A stretch of DNA of 52,071 nucleotides. It comes from Armatimonadota bacterium (GTDB lineage Bacteria; Armatimonadota; Fimbriimonadia; Fimbriimonadales; GBS-DC). The notes under the pieces are model-generated. The model was not told where the DNA came from. It worked only from the letters and a program-made list of their open reading frames with translations, and searched no databases. The stretch is from contig JBBIML010000020.1 of assembly GCA_037444405.1 (NCBI GenBank), positions 1 through 52,071 on the forward strand, given 5' to 3'. Positions 9,456 to 18,300 of this stretch are shown in pieces; position 1 is the stretch's first letter; the number at the start of each line of letters is the position of its first letter. The position numbers and the translations under genes are program-made.

Positions 9456-10331
9456 TTAATCGCCCAGAATGCCCAGCGGGCGCAGCCCGCGCACCAGCAC
9501 CTCTTCGGGCGACTGACTGTTGCACGCCAGCAGATAGTGCGCCCCAACGCGACGGCAGGCGCTCGCTATCGCCTCGTTGTGGGCGTTCAGCCGACGACGA
9601 TACTCGGCTAACACACTGCCCGTCGCCGTAATCTCCAGCGTTTCGCCCGTTTCGGCGTCGATCAGCTTCAAATCGCCTTCCAGATCGGGGTCTAACTCGG
9701 CTTCGGAAAGAATCTGGATCAGCACCAGCTCGTGGCGGCGGCTGGCGAGCGCGCGCAGGGCTTCGGGCAGGCTCTCGTCCAGCCCGTCGGTCAACAGGAA
9801 CGCCATGCCCGTGGGCAGGTTGGCGTGGGTGAACCGTTGCAGGCTGCGGCTCAGGTCACGCCCATCTGCCTCGCGCGAACGCAGCCATTCGACAAGCCGC
9901 CGATAGCTGATGCGCCCGCGCAGCGCCCGAATCTCGCTTGCCCGACCATCCAGCGCTATCGGATAGACCGCATCGCCCGCTATCAGCCCAATATAGCCCA
10001 GGCATGCCGCTAAGGACCGCGCCAGGTTCAGCTTCGGCGGCTCGCCAAACTCCATCGACGCCGAGCAATCGAGCAGTAGAAAGATGGGCAGCTCCTGCTC
10101 ATCCTGATAGGTGCGCAAATAGGCGCGGTCGAGGCGTGCCAGAATGTTCCAGTCGAGGTGGCGCAGGTCGTCGCCCGGCGCGTAGTGGCGATAGTCGGCG
10201 AACTCGATGGAGAGACCCTTGCGTGGTGAGAGTCGCTCTCCCCGAATCGCCGCCGCATGCATCTTGCGCGGCTGCAGCCGATACCGCTCCAGCCGCGTCA
10301 GCACCTCTGTTGGGACCCCTTGCCAGCCCAT
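9456..10331 (-). CDS. DUF58 domain protein (MoxR-associated, vWA-like)
   Basis: GLSIEFADYRHYAPGDDLRHLDWN and LLLDCSASMEFG; start could alternatively be 10343. Confidence 0.9.
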   Translation of the reverse strand: MGWQGVPTEVLTRLERYRLQPRKMHAAAIRGERLSPRKGLSIEFADYRHYAPGDDLRHLDWNILARLDRAYLRTYQDEQELPIFLLLDCSASMEFGEPPKLNLARSLAACLGYIGLIAGDAVYPIALDGRASEIRALRGRISYRRLVEWLRSREADGRDLSRSLQRFTHANLPTGMAFLLTDGLDESLPEALRALASRRHELVLIQILSEAELDPDLEGDLKLIDAETGETLEITATGSVLAEYRRRLNAHNEAIASACRRVGAHYLLACNSQSPEEVLVRGLRPLGILGD

Positions 10332-10408
10332 GCGCTCTCCCATTTTACCCGCTGATGGGAACCGTGAAGCGCCTGTTTCGTTCAGGGAAACGGGAAAGGA
10401 AGGCACAG

Positions 10409-12373
10409 GTGTTGAGAGGGTTGACAGAACGGTTCGGGAACACAACCGTCCAGTGGGGTCAGCAGATAGCGCTGCTGGGCTGCCTGCTCCTGCTGACGGG
10501 CTGTGGGGGCGGGCGCGGTCCTGCCACGGGGCCCCATTTCTTTGTGTCGATCCGCAATCCTGGCTTGAGCGCGGTGCAGGGCGGTCAGGCGACGCTCACG
10601 ATAGGGCTGGAGCGCGTGGGCGGCTTCGGGGAGCCAATCCGGTTGAGCCTCGAAGGCGTGCCGCAGGGTGTGGAGGCGAGCTTCAGCGTGAACCCTGTGC
10701 TGCCCAACCAGCCCAGCACCCAACTGACCCTTCGCGCCTCGCTGCAGACGCCTGTGGGCACTTACACCATTCTGGTGCGGGCGCAGGGTGGCGCGGTGCA
10801 GCGCGAGGCGTGCATCCAGCTCAGTATCACGCCCGCCGCGCCCGATTTCAACATTCAGCTCAGCGCGAGCAGCATCGGGCTGGTGCAGGGTGGCAGCGGC
10901 ACGCTGCAGGTGCTGCTGACGCGCATCGGCGGCTTCGCGGACCCCATCACGCTCAGCCTCGAAGGCGCGCCAGCGGGCGTTTCAGCGGAGTTCACACCGC
11001 CCACGCTCAGCGGCTCCCAGAACGCCAGCACGCTCACCGTTCGGGCGACCGCTAACGCGCCTGTGGGCACTTTTTCGCTGACCGTGGTCGCCAGCAGCGG
11101 CTCGATTCGGCGCACGGCGCAGTTCAATCTGACGCTTGCCGTCGCGCCCGACTTCACGCTCACGCTGGGCAGCAGCGAGGTGAGCCTGCAGCCAGGCGGT
11201 CAAGCAACAGTGAGCATCACCGTAACGCGCATCGGAGGCTTCGCGCAGCCAGTGGCGTTCAGCGCGACGGGCGTCCCGGCGGGCGTTACGGTGAGCTTCA
11301 ACCCGTCCACCCTGCCCAGCGACCAGACCACTGCCAGCATGACGGTGCAGGTCAGCGTTAGTGCGTTGCCGAGCACACACTCAATCACGGTGCGCGGCGT
11401 GGCGGGCAGCCTGACCCGCACGGCGACGCTCACCCTGCGCATCAGCGAGGCGCCCGACTTCTCCATCGGCGTGGAGCCATCGAGCCTGACGGTTCAGCAG
11501 GGCGGTGTCGGGAGTGCAACGGTGCGCCTCACGCGCGTGGGTGGATTCAGCGAAACGGTGGCGCTCAGCCTGCAGGGCGCGCCCGCCGGTGTGTCCGCCT
11601 CGTTCACGCCAAGTAGCCTCGCACCGAACCAGGCGAGCGCAACGCTGAACCTGCAGGTGGCGGCGCAGGTCGCGCCGGGCACCTACACGCTACAGGTGGT
11701 GGGCAGTGCGGCGAGCCGCACCCGCACAGCAACGCTCACGCTGGAAGTGCGTGTCCCACCCGATTTCCTCATCGCGCTCAATCCCTCATCGCTGAGCGTG
11801 GCGCAGGGCGGTACCGCCACCGTGCAGGTCGCCATCAGCGCGGTCGGCGGGTTCGACGAGCCAGTGAGCCTCGCCATTAACGGATTGTTAGCGGGCATCA
11901 GCGCGACTTTCAATCCATCCGCCGTTCGCCCCGGTCAGCAGAGCCAGCTCACCCTGCAAGTCGACCCGCAGGTCGCCAGCGCCAGCTACACGCTCACGGT
12001 GCAGGGTACAGCGGGCAGTCTGACCCACACAGCGACGCTGACCCTGCAGGTGCTGGTAAGCCTCCAGCACACGATTCAGCCTATCTTCACTCAGCGGTGC
12101 GCCGTTCGCGGCTGCCACGACCCGCTGGGACGCGCCGCCGATCTCGATCTCAGCGCGGGCAACGCCTATGCCAGCATCGTGAATGTGCCCAGCGTGCAGG
12201 ACCCGAACTGGATTCGCGTGGTGCCTGGCGACCCGATGCGCAGCCTGCTCTATCGCAAGGTGGCAGAAGATAACCCGCCTGTCGGCTCGCGCATGCCGCT
12301 GGGCGGGCGATTGAGCGACGAGCAGATTCTGCTCATTCGGCTCTGGATCGAACAGGGCGCCCGCAATAACTGA
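10409..12373 (+). CDS. Lipoprotein with five Ig-like repeats and a C-terminal c-type cytochrome domain
   Basis: Lipobox LLLTGC; five ~100-aa repeats (PDF...QGG...TRxGGF...LSLxGxPAGVSASF); C-terminal IQPIFTQRCAVRGCH...PGDP..SLL..K...RMP...IRLWIEQGA resembling the planctomycete cytochrome c domain. GTG start after AAGGAAGG. Confidence 0.85.
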   Translation: MLRGLTERFGNTTVQWGQQIALLGCLLLLTGCGGGRGPATGPHFFVSIRNPGLSAVQGGQATLTIGLERVGGFGEPIRLSLEGVPQGVEASFSVNPVLPNQPSTQLTLRASLQTPVGTYTILVRAQGGAVQREACIQLSITPAAPDFNIQLSASSIGLVQGGSGTLQVLLTRIGGFADPITLSLEGAPAGVSAEFTPPTLSGSQNASTLTVRATANAPVGTFSLTVVASSGSIRRTAQFNLTLAVAPDFTLTLGSSEVSLQPGGQATVSITVTRIGGFAQPVAFSATGVPAGVTVSFNPSTLPSDQTTASMTVQVSVSALPSTHSITVRGVAGSLTRTATLTLRISEAPDFSIGVEPSSLTVQQGGVGSATVRLTRVGGFSETVALSLQGAPAGVSASFTPSSLAPNQASATLNLQVAAQVAPGTYTLQVVGSAASRTRTATLTLEVRVPPDFLIALNPSSLSVAQGGTATVQVAISAVGGFDEPVSLAINGLLAGISATFNPSAVRPGQQSQLTLQVDPQVASASYTLTVQGTAGSLTHTATLTLQVLVSLQHTIQPIFTQRCAVRGCHDPLGRAADLDLSAGNAYASIVNVPSVQDPNWIRVVPGDPMRSLLYRKVAEDNPPVGSRMPLGGRLSDEQILLIRLWIEQGARNN

Positions 12374-12379
12374 AAAACA

Positions 12380-13357
12380 ATGGAGAGACCAGTAGTCTGG
12401 CGATTCCAGCGGGGCTGTCCCGTGATGATGGGAGCGATGCTGCTCGCGTTGCTGCTAATCGCGGCGGCGCGTCAGCAGGCACGCGAGCGCACCTTCCCAC
12501 TCAATCTGTTCGCCGAGGCGAAGCGCGAGGACTATCTGGGCGAGTCGGCGTGCGTGCCCTGCCACCGCTCCTATGTGATTTCGTTTCGCAACTCGGCACA
12601 CGCGCCCTATATGGCAGACCCGCGCCTGCCGATCGACCGCCAGGGCTGCGAGGGCTGCCACGGACCGGGCGGCATCCATCTGCGTGAGGTGTTGGAGCCG
12701 AAGGGGATCATCCGCTACAGCAAAATCAGTTCTGAAGCGGTCTCCCGCGCCTGCCTGCGCTGTCACGGTGCGACGATGCGACCCAGCCAGTGGCATCGCA
12801 CGGCGCACGCGCGTGCAGGGCTGAGCTGCATCAGCTGCCACCAGATTCATCAGCGCGCCCCGCAGAATACGCAGGTCTCGCCTGCCCTGCCGAGCGCGCG
12901 CTCGCCCTCGCACCCGCTGCTGAAAGGCGAGGAGAACGCGCTCTGCAGCGGCTGCCATGCACGCGAGGCGAGCGAGTTCCGACTCAGCTTCCATCACCCA
13001 CTGCCCGAAGGACGACTGCTCTGCACCGATTGCCACGATGCCCATCCCAATCGGGAGAGCGTTAAACGGGAGCGGCTCATCCGCGAGATGTGTACCCACT
13101 GCCATGCGGACAAGATGGGTCCATTTATGTACGAGCATGAGCCGGTGGTGGGCTGGATGGGCGACAGCTGTTTGGAGTGCCATCGTCCGCACGGCTCAGC
13201 GAACCCGCGCATGCTCAAACTGTTCTCGCGCGGGCTGTGCGCCCAGTGCCACACCGATAAGGGCGTGGCGCATTATCCCGCCCGCAACTGCTGGGAGAGC
13301 GGCTGCCATGTGGCTCATCACGGTTCGAACAGCGACGCGCTATTTCTGCGCCATTAA
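12380..13357 (+). CDS. Decaheme c-type cytochrome, DmsE/MtrA/PioA family
   Basis: Nine CxxCH motifs (CVPCH, CEGCH, CLRCH, CISCH, CSGCH, CTDCH, CTHCH, CLECH, CAQCH) plus CWESGCH; GPFMYEHEPV and HGSN family motifs; N-terminal hydrophobic stretch. Confidence 0.92.
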   Translation: MERPVVWRFQRGCPVMMGAMLLALLLIAAARQQARERTFPLNLFAEAKREDYLGESACVPCHRSYVISFRNSAHAPYMADPRLPIDRQGCEGCHGPGGIHLREVLEPKGIIRYSKISSEAVSRACLRCHGATMRPSQWHRTAHARAGLSCISCHQIHQRAPQNTQVSPALPSARSPSHPLLKGEENALCSGCHAREASEFRLSFHHPLPEGRLLCTDCHDAHPNRESVKRERLIREMCTHCHADKMGPFMYEHEPVVGWMGDSCLECHRPHGSANPRMLKLFSRGLCAQCHTDKGVAHYPARNCWESGCHVAHHGSNSDALFLRH

Positions 13358-14912
13358 AGCGGCGGGCTGTCTGCTGCTGATAGCTTCGGCACAAGCACCC
13401 CTGCCGCCCGTGCAGGCGCGCACCCAGCTGGAACTGGGCTGGTCGAACTGGGGCTTGAGCGGCGATGCTGCTAAGTTTCGCCAGTATTCACAGCCGTCGC
13501 GCGGCTTCTTCCTGCGCGCGATCCGCTATGAGCGCGCTGCCACCCGATGGCTCTGGCAGGGCATTGGTGATCAGGACACCCGCGGCGACGCCCTGATGCA
13601 TCTTGTGCCTGCACGCCTGACCTTGCAGGCACAGCATGCCCGCGCTCGGTTCGCGGACCCTGGCACCACACCTGCACCGCTGAGCGAACGGCTCAATCGG
13701 GAGGCGACCGTGCGCTATCTGATCACGCCCGACTTCGCGCTCACCGTGCGATTCCGCGACGAGCTCTTGCGACGGCGGTTCGCAAGCGCGCATGTGCCCT
13801 ATGACCAGACGGCACAGGCGTGGGACATGATGCTGGAGGGCGTTGCAGGCGCGGGGCGGCTCAGCCTGCAATACACGCGCTGGCGCTATCGCGACCGAAC
13901 CGCCACGCGCCCCGACATTACGCTCCAGCGCTGGCAGACGGGCTACCTGTGGGAGCCGACACCCGTGCTGGGCGTGGAAGCCATCTGGTCGGAAGCGCAG
14001 TTCGAGCAGCCGCAGCGAGCCACCAGCCGCCTGCAACGCCTCACGCTCGCTACCGACCTGACACCGGGCGACACAACCACAATCGGGCTGACGCTGGAGC
14101 GCGAGCGGGCGAACCTGCCGCTGGTGCGCAACACCTGGAGCCGCGAGCGACGCACAGGAGCGCTCAGCCTCGTGCAGCAGCTGGGCAACTGGCGATTGCA
14201 GATAGGCATGCGCCGCCAGGCGATCGAGCGCGTGGCAGGTGAGCGCGGCACGGAGCCGGTGCAGCGCGAGGGTCTCGAAGCGCGGCTGTGGGGTCGGCTC
14301 ACGCGCACCGTTCGGCTCAGCCTGTACGGCGCGAGCCAGCGCTGGAGCCGTCAGCCGAGCGATGAGCCATCCCGCACGCTCTTCTGGAGCCGACGCGAGA
14401 CCGCGCGGCTGAACCTCGACGCCAGCCTCGCGAACGGGATTGTTTACCTCACGCTCAGCCGCCAGCGATGGCTGAACGACCGCCGCGCCACCCGCCTGCA
14501 CAGCGACCAGCTGCTCATCGGCGGCAGCTGCACCCTCCAGCCACAACTGACCCTGATTGCCGAGCATCGCATCGAACGCTGGCATGGAGCAGGCGGTGCG
14601 GACGAACTGCTCGCCCTGCCACGCTTCCTGCCCGATACGCGCTCGTCGATGGTGGGTCTGCAGTGGACGGTCAACTCACGCCTGAACGCAAGCCTGCTCT
14701 ACACCCAGTTCGTTAGCAGCACCGATAACCCGCTCCTCCTGCCCGACGGCAACACGGAGGGGCGGTTCCTGACCCTTGCCCTGCGCTATCAGCTGCCGAA
14801 CGGCGTCGCATGGTCGCTCACCATCGCCCCCTGGCACTATCAGGATCGCGTCGATTCGCGCCTCGACTATCGGCTCAACCTGTTCGCCCTCAGCTGGAGC
14901 ACGCCGTTTTGA
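13308..14912 (+). CDS. Outer-membrane beta-barrel, MtrB/PioB-like porin
   Basis: Directly follows the decaheme gene; AKFRQY resembles the MtrB/PioB N-terminal motif; alternating beta-strand pattern; terminal Phe. Start uncertain. Confidence 0.72.
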   Translation: MWLITVRTATRYFCAIKAAGCLLLIASAQAPLPPVQARTQLELGWSNWGLSGDAAKFRQYSQPSRGFFLRAIRYERAATRWLWQGIGDQDTRGDALMHLVPARLTLQAQHARARFADPGTTPAPLSERLNREATVRYLITPDFALTVRFRDELLRRRFASAHVPYDQTAQAWDMMLEGVAGAGRLSLQYTRWRYRDRTATRPDITLQRWQTGYLWEPTPVLGVEAIWSEAQFEQPQRATSRLQRLTLATDLTPGDTTTIGLTLERERANLPLVRNTWSRERRTGALSLVQQLGNWRLQIGMRRQAIERVAGERGTEPVQREGLEARLWGRLTRTVRLSLYGASQRWSRQPSDEPSRTLFWSRRETARLNLDASLANGIVYLTLSRQRWLNDRRATRLHSDQLLIGGSCTLQPQLTLIAEHRIERWHGAGGADELLALPRFLPDTRSSMVGLQWTVNSRLNASLLYTQFVSSTDNPLLLPDGNTEGRFLTLALRYQLPNGVAWSLTIAPWHYQDRVDSRLDYRLNLFALSWSTPF

Positions 14913-14926
14913 GGTAAAATCGGGGC

Positions 14927-15970
14927 GTGATGCAGCCTTCACTGCCACCTGTCAATCTGCAACACCTGAATCGGTTGCTGACACCGCTGGGCATCTGGCA
15001 GCATACACGCTATGGGGAGCCATGGGTGGAGCATGGCTTCTCGATAGACGATCAGGCGCGCGGGCTGATCGTGGGCGCATGGCTGAAATGGCTACAGCCG
15101 CGTCAGCCTGAGTGGTTGCTGTTGCCCGATGAGCAGTTCCCGACGCGCCTGATTGAAATATGCCTGCGCTATATCGAGGAGGCGCAGCTGCCCGGCGGAC
15201 GGTTCCATAACTTCCGCGACGCGGAAGGGCGCTGGGTGGATGAGGTCGGCAGCGACGATTCGTTCGGGCGCACCATCTGGTCGCTTTACACGCTCAAGAA
15301 GCTGCTGCCCGACAGCGAGTGGTCGTCTCGCGCCGACGCGCTGCTGCGCCCCGCATGGAAGCACTTCTATCAGATTAAGCCACTGCGCTCCATCGCGTTC
15401 CTGATGCTGGAAGAGGAGGAACCCGACCGCCTGCGCCATCTGGCGAGCCACCTGGTGGAGCAGTATCAGCTCACGCGCGAGCCAGACTGGCGCTGGTTCG
15501 AGCCGTTTCTGACCTACGAGAACCCGCGCCTGCCACAGGCACTTCTGCGGGCTGCCACCCGCCTGCAGCAACCCGACTGGCTCAAAATCGCCCGCGAGGC
15601 GCTGCTGTTTCTCATCGAGACCACCTTCGCCCCCACCGACTACTTCAGCGCGATTGGCACCGAAGGCTGGTACTTCCGCGGGCGCAGCCGCGCCCTGTTC
15701 GACCAGCAGCCCGTGTGCGCAGGCGCGACCGTCGAAGCCTTTCTGGACGCCTATCACGCCTTCGACCGCTACCGCCTGTTCCGCTACTATGCGCGACGCG
15801 CCCTGATGTGGTTTCACGGCGACAACATCCACCAGCTGGCGCTGTACGACCCCGAAACGGGCGTGGTGTACGATGGGCTGACACCCATCGGGCTGAATCT
15901 CAATCGCGGGGCGGAATCGATCCTGAGCTATCTGATGGCGCGTATCAAATGGGAGGTCTATCGGCAGTAG
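14927..15970 (+). CDS. (alpha/alpha)-toroid protein resembling the C-terminal domain of some GT4 glycosyltransferases
   Basis: GIWQH...HGFSIDDQAR, DSFGRTIW, WFEPFLTYENPRLPQAL, FDQQP, WFHGDN and NLNRGAES. Confidence 0.75.
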   Translation: MMQPSLPPVNLQHLNRLLTPLGIWQHTRYGEPWVEHGFSIDDQARGLIVGAWLKWLQPRQPEWLLLPDEQFPTRLIEICLRYIEEAQLPGGRFHNFRDAEGRWVDEVGSDDSFGRTIWSLYTLKKLLPDSEWSSRADALLRPAWKHFYQIKPLRSIAFLMLEEEEPDRLRHLASHLVEQYQLTREPDWRWFEPFLTYENPRLPQALLRAATRLQQPDWLKIAREALLFLIETTFAPTDYFSAIGTEGWYFRGRSRALFDQQPVCAGATVEAFLDAYHAFDRYRLFRYYARRALMWFHGDNIHQLALYDPETGVVYDGLTPIGLNLNRGAESILSYLMARIKWEVYRQ

Positions 15971-16030
15971 CATGGGCATCCCTGCCCCTGCTCCACAACA
16001 ACGGCACGCATCAAATGGGAGGTCTATCGG
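15944..16030 (+). repeat. GTAG-REP insert between 21-bp direct repeats
   Basis: ATCAAATGGGAGGTCTATCGG at 15944-15964 and 16010-16030 flank CAGTAGCATGGGCATCCCTGCCCCTG... Confidence 0.85.
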
Positions 16031-17034
16031 TGAATGCAGAGGGGGCGTACCTGAGCTGGCTAACGGAGCCTGCGCCGTATCGGGATGTGGTCATTTCCCA
16101 GCGGGTGCGACTGGCACGCAACCTGCTGCATCTGCCGTTCCCACATGTGGCAAGCGACGCGCAGTTGCAGGCGGCAGCCCAGCAGTTGCGGCAGGCGCTG
16201 GAGCCGATGGGACTGGGCGCAGGCGGCGCGATTGAACTGAGCCGACTCAGCCCCGACCAGCGCGCACGCCTGACAGGCGCCCGCCTCATCAGCCCCGCCC
16301 TGCTGCCCGCGCTCCCCCACCGATGGGTGCTGCTCAACCCGAACGGAAGCGTCAGCGCACTGCTGAACGAGGAAGACCACCTGCGTCTGCAGATCACCCA
16401 CGCCGGCTGGCAACCCGACCGCATGGTGAACGAACTGCAGGGATGGGAAGAGCGGCTGAACGCCCTGCCGCTCCGCTGGGGCTACTCGTCCCGACTGGGC
16501 TATCTGACTGCCTCGCCCATTAATCTCGGCTCCGGCGTGCGACTGGGACTGCTGATGCACCTGATGGGGCTGCAGCGTGCGCGACAGATCACACGCTGGC
16601 TGGAAGCGTTGCAGGCGCTCGGCTGCCACACACGCGGGCTATATGGCGAGGGCAGCCTCGCCTTTGAGGGCTATGTGCAGATTTCCATGCTGGGTCGGCA
16701 TGACCCGCTGCCGGAGCTGCTGGCGCGCCTGCGCGGCACGCTCCGCACCCTCATCGACGCCGAACTGGACGCCCGCACCCGACTCCCCATCGAGGAACTC
16801 CATGCCGAATGGGAAGAACTGACCACCACCCTGCGACACGCCACCACGCTCTCGCTGGGAACCACCCTGCGCGCCCTGGCGGTCTACCGCATGCTGGCAA
16901 TGCTCACCAGCAACCCGTCCCAGCGCGACCACGCCGACCACCTGCTGTTCGAACTGAGCGTCTACGCCCCACCCGAACCCGATTACGCGCCGTCCCAGCG
17001 TGCCACATGGCTCCGCCAGCAACTGCTCCAATAA
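16030..17034 (+). CDS. ATP:guanido phosphotransferase, McsB-like protein-arginine kinase (divergent)
   Basis: VISQRVRLARNL, NEEDHLRLQ, GYLTASPINLGSG and RGLYGEGS; GTG start after GGAGGT. Confidence 0.85.
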   Translation: MNAEGAYLSWLTEPAPYRDVVISQRVRLARNLLHLPFPHVASDAQLQAAAQQLRQALEPMGLGAGGAIELSRLSPDQRARLTGARLISPALLPALPHRWVLLNPNGSVSALLNEEDHLRLQITHAGWQPDRMVNELQGWEERLNALPLRWGYSSRLGYLTASPINLGSGVRLGLLMHLMGLQRARQITRWLEALQALGCHTRGLYGEGSLAFEGYVQISMLGRHDPLPELLARLRGTLRTLIDAELDARTRLPIEELHAEWEELTTTLRHATTLSLGTTLRALAVYRMLAMLTSNPSQRDHADHLLFELSVYAPPEPDYAPSQRATWLRQQLLQ

Positions 17035-17184
17035 CAAGTAGCACGGGCATCCCTGCCCGTGAACAATAGAGGGGCGCACGGCAGTGCGCCCAAGCCTGCC
17101 CGTGAACAATGGAGGGGCGCACGGCGGTGCGCCCTGCATTCAGAACCCCTCTCCCACAGCGTGGGAGAGGGGCACGGGGTGAAG
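17023..17184. repeat. Cluster of REP-like palindromes
   Basis: GTAGCACGGGCATCCCTGCCCGTG (17038); a 43-bp-period tandem duplication containing GGGCGCACGGCRGTGCGCCC (17052-17134); CCCCTCTCCCAC/GTGGGAGAGGGG hairpin. Confidence 0.8.
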
Positions 17185-17214
17185 GCATCAACAACACAGG
17201 GTAAAATTCAGACT

Positions 17215-18222
17215 ATGCAGAACGGCAAGCAGGTGGCGGAATGGTTTCGCGAGCGATTTGAAGCCCTGCGCGCGGAAATCGCCAAAGTGATTGTGGGTCA
17301 GGAAGCGGTGGTGGAAAATGTGCTGGTGGCGGTCGCGGCGGGCGGACACGCCCTGCTCGAAGGCGTGCCCGGGCTGGGCAAAACACTGCTGGTGCGCACG
17401 CTGGCACAGGCGCTCAACCTCCAGTTCGCCCGCATCCAGTTCACACCCGACCTCATGCCCGCCGATGTGACAGGCACAAACATCCTGGCAGAAAGCGAAA
17501 CAGGCGCCCGCACCTTCGTGTTCCGACCCGGACCGGTCTTCACCAATATCCTACTGGCGGACGAAATCAACCGCGCCACGCCCAAAACCCAGTCGGCGCT
17601 GCTGGAAGCAATGCAGGAGCAGGCAGTGACGGTCGCCGGCAAACGCTACCCCATCGAGCCGCCCTTTTGGGTGCTGGCAACCCAGAACCCCATCGAACAG
17701 GAAGGAACCTACCCCCTGCCCGAAGCCCAGCTGGATCGCTTCTTCTTCAAAATCCTGGTGGGCTACCCGTCGCTGGAGGAACTGCGCGAGATTGTGAACC
17801 GCACGACGGGCGTGGAGACGCCGCAGGCGAGCGCCGTCGCCAACAAAGAGACCCTGCTGCGCATGCAACAGGTGGTGCGCGAAGTGCCCATCGCCCACCC
17901 CGTGCAGGAGTTCGCCCTGCGCCTCATCGTGGCGACCCATCCCGGCTCGCCCCACGCGCCCCCTGAAGTCAACCGCTATGTGCGCTACGGCTCCAGCCCG
18001 CGCGGCGCCCAGGCGCTCATCCTCGCAGGCAAGGTCTATGGTCTATTAGACGGACGCTACAATGTTGCGCGCGAAGATATCGAAAAGGCGCTCAAACCTG
18101 CCCTGCGCCACCGAATCCTGCTCAACTTCGAAGCGGAAGCGGACGGCGTCACGCCCGACACGGTGCTGGAGAGCGTGCTGCACCATGTGAAGCGTGGCGA
18201 GGCGGAGCCAATCCGGGTTTGA
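17215..18222 (+). CDS. moxR: MoxR family AAA+ ATPase
   Basis: HALLEGVPGLGKT, RIQFTPDLMPAD, LLADEINRATPKTQSALLEAMQE and ATQNPIEQEGTYPLPEAQLDRF. Confidence 0.95.
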   Translation: MQNGKQVAEWFRERFEALRAEIAKVIVGQEAVVENVLVAVAAGGHALLEGVPGLGKTLLVRTLAQALNLQFARIQFTPDLMPADVTGTNILAESETGARTFVFRPGPVFTNILLADEINRATPKTQSALLEAMQEQAVTVAGKRYPIEPPFWVLATQNPIEQEGTYPLPEAQLDRFFFKILVGYPSLEELREIVNRTTGVETPQASAVANKETLLRMQQVVREVPIAHPVQEFALRLIVATHPGSPHAPPEVNRYVRYGSSPRGAQALILAGKVYGLLDGRYNVAREDIEKALKPALRHRILLNFEAEADGVTPDTVLESVLHHVKRGEAEPIRV

Positions 18223-18300
18223 ACCCACCTGAACTGGTGCTTTTGCAGAGTACCCACAGGGTCGGAAATAGTGTATAATAGAGCGGGGAAAGGAGCCGCT

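Noticed and set aside
17038..17134. CRISPR array
   Set aside because: Only two adjacent near-identical units with no unique spacers; REP-like, and no cas operon.
9456..18222. Single MoxR-DUF58-vWA operon interrupted by an insertion
   Set aside because: The genes are on opposite strands about 7 kb apart with no vWA partner or junction evidence, although a functional link remains possible.
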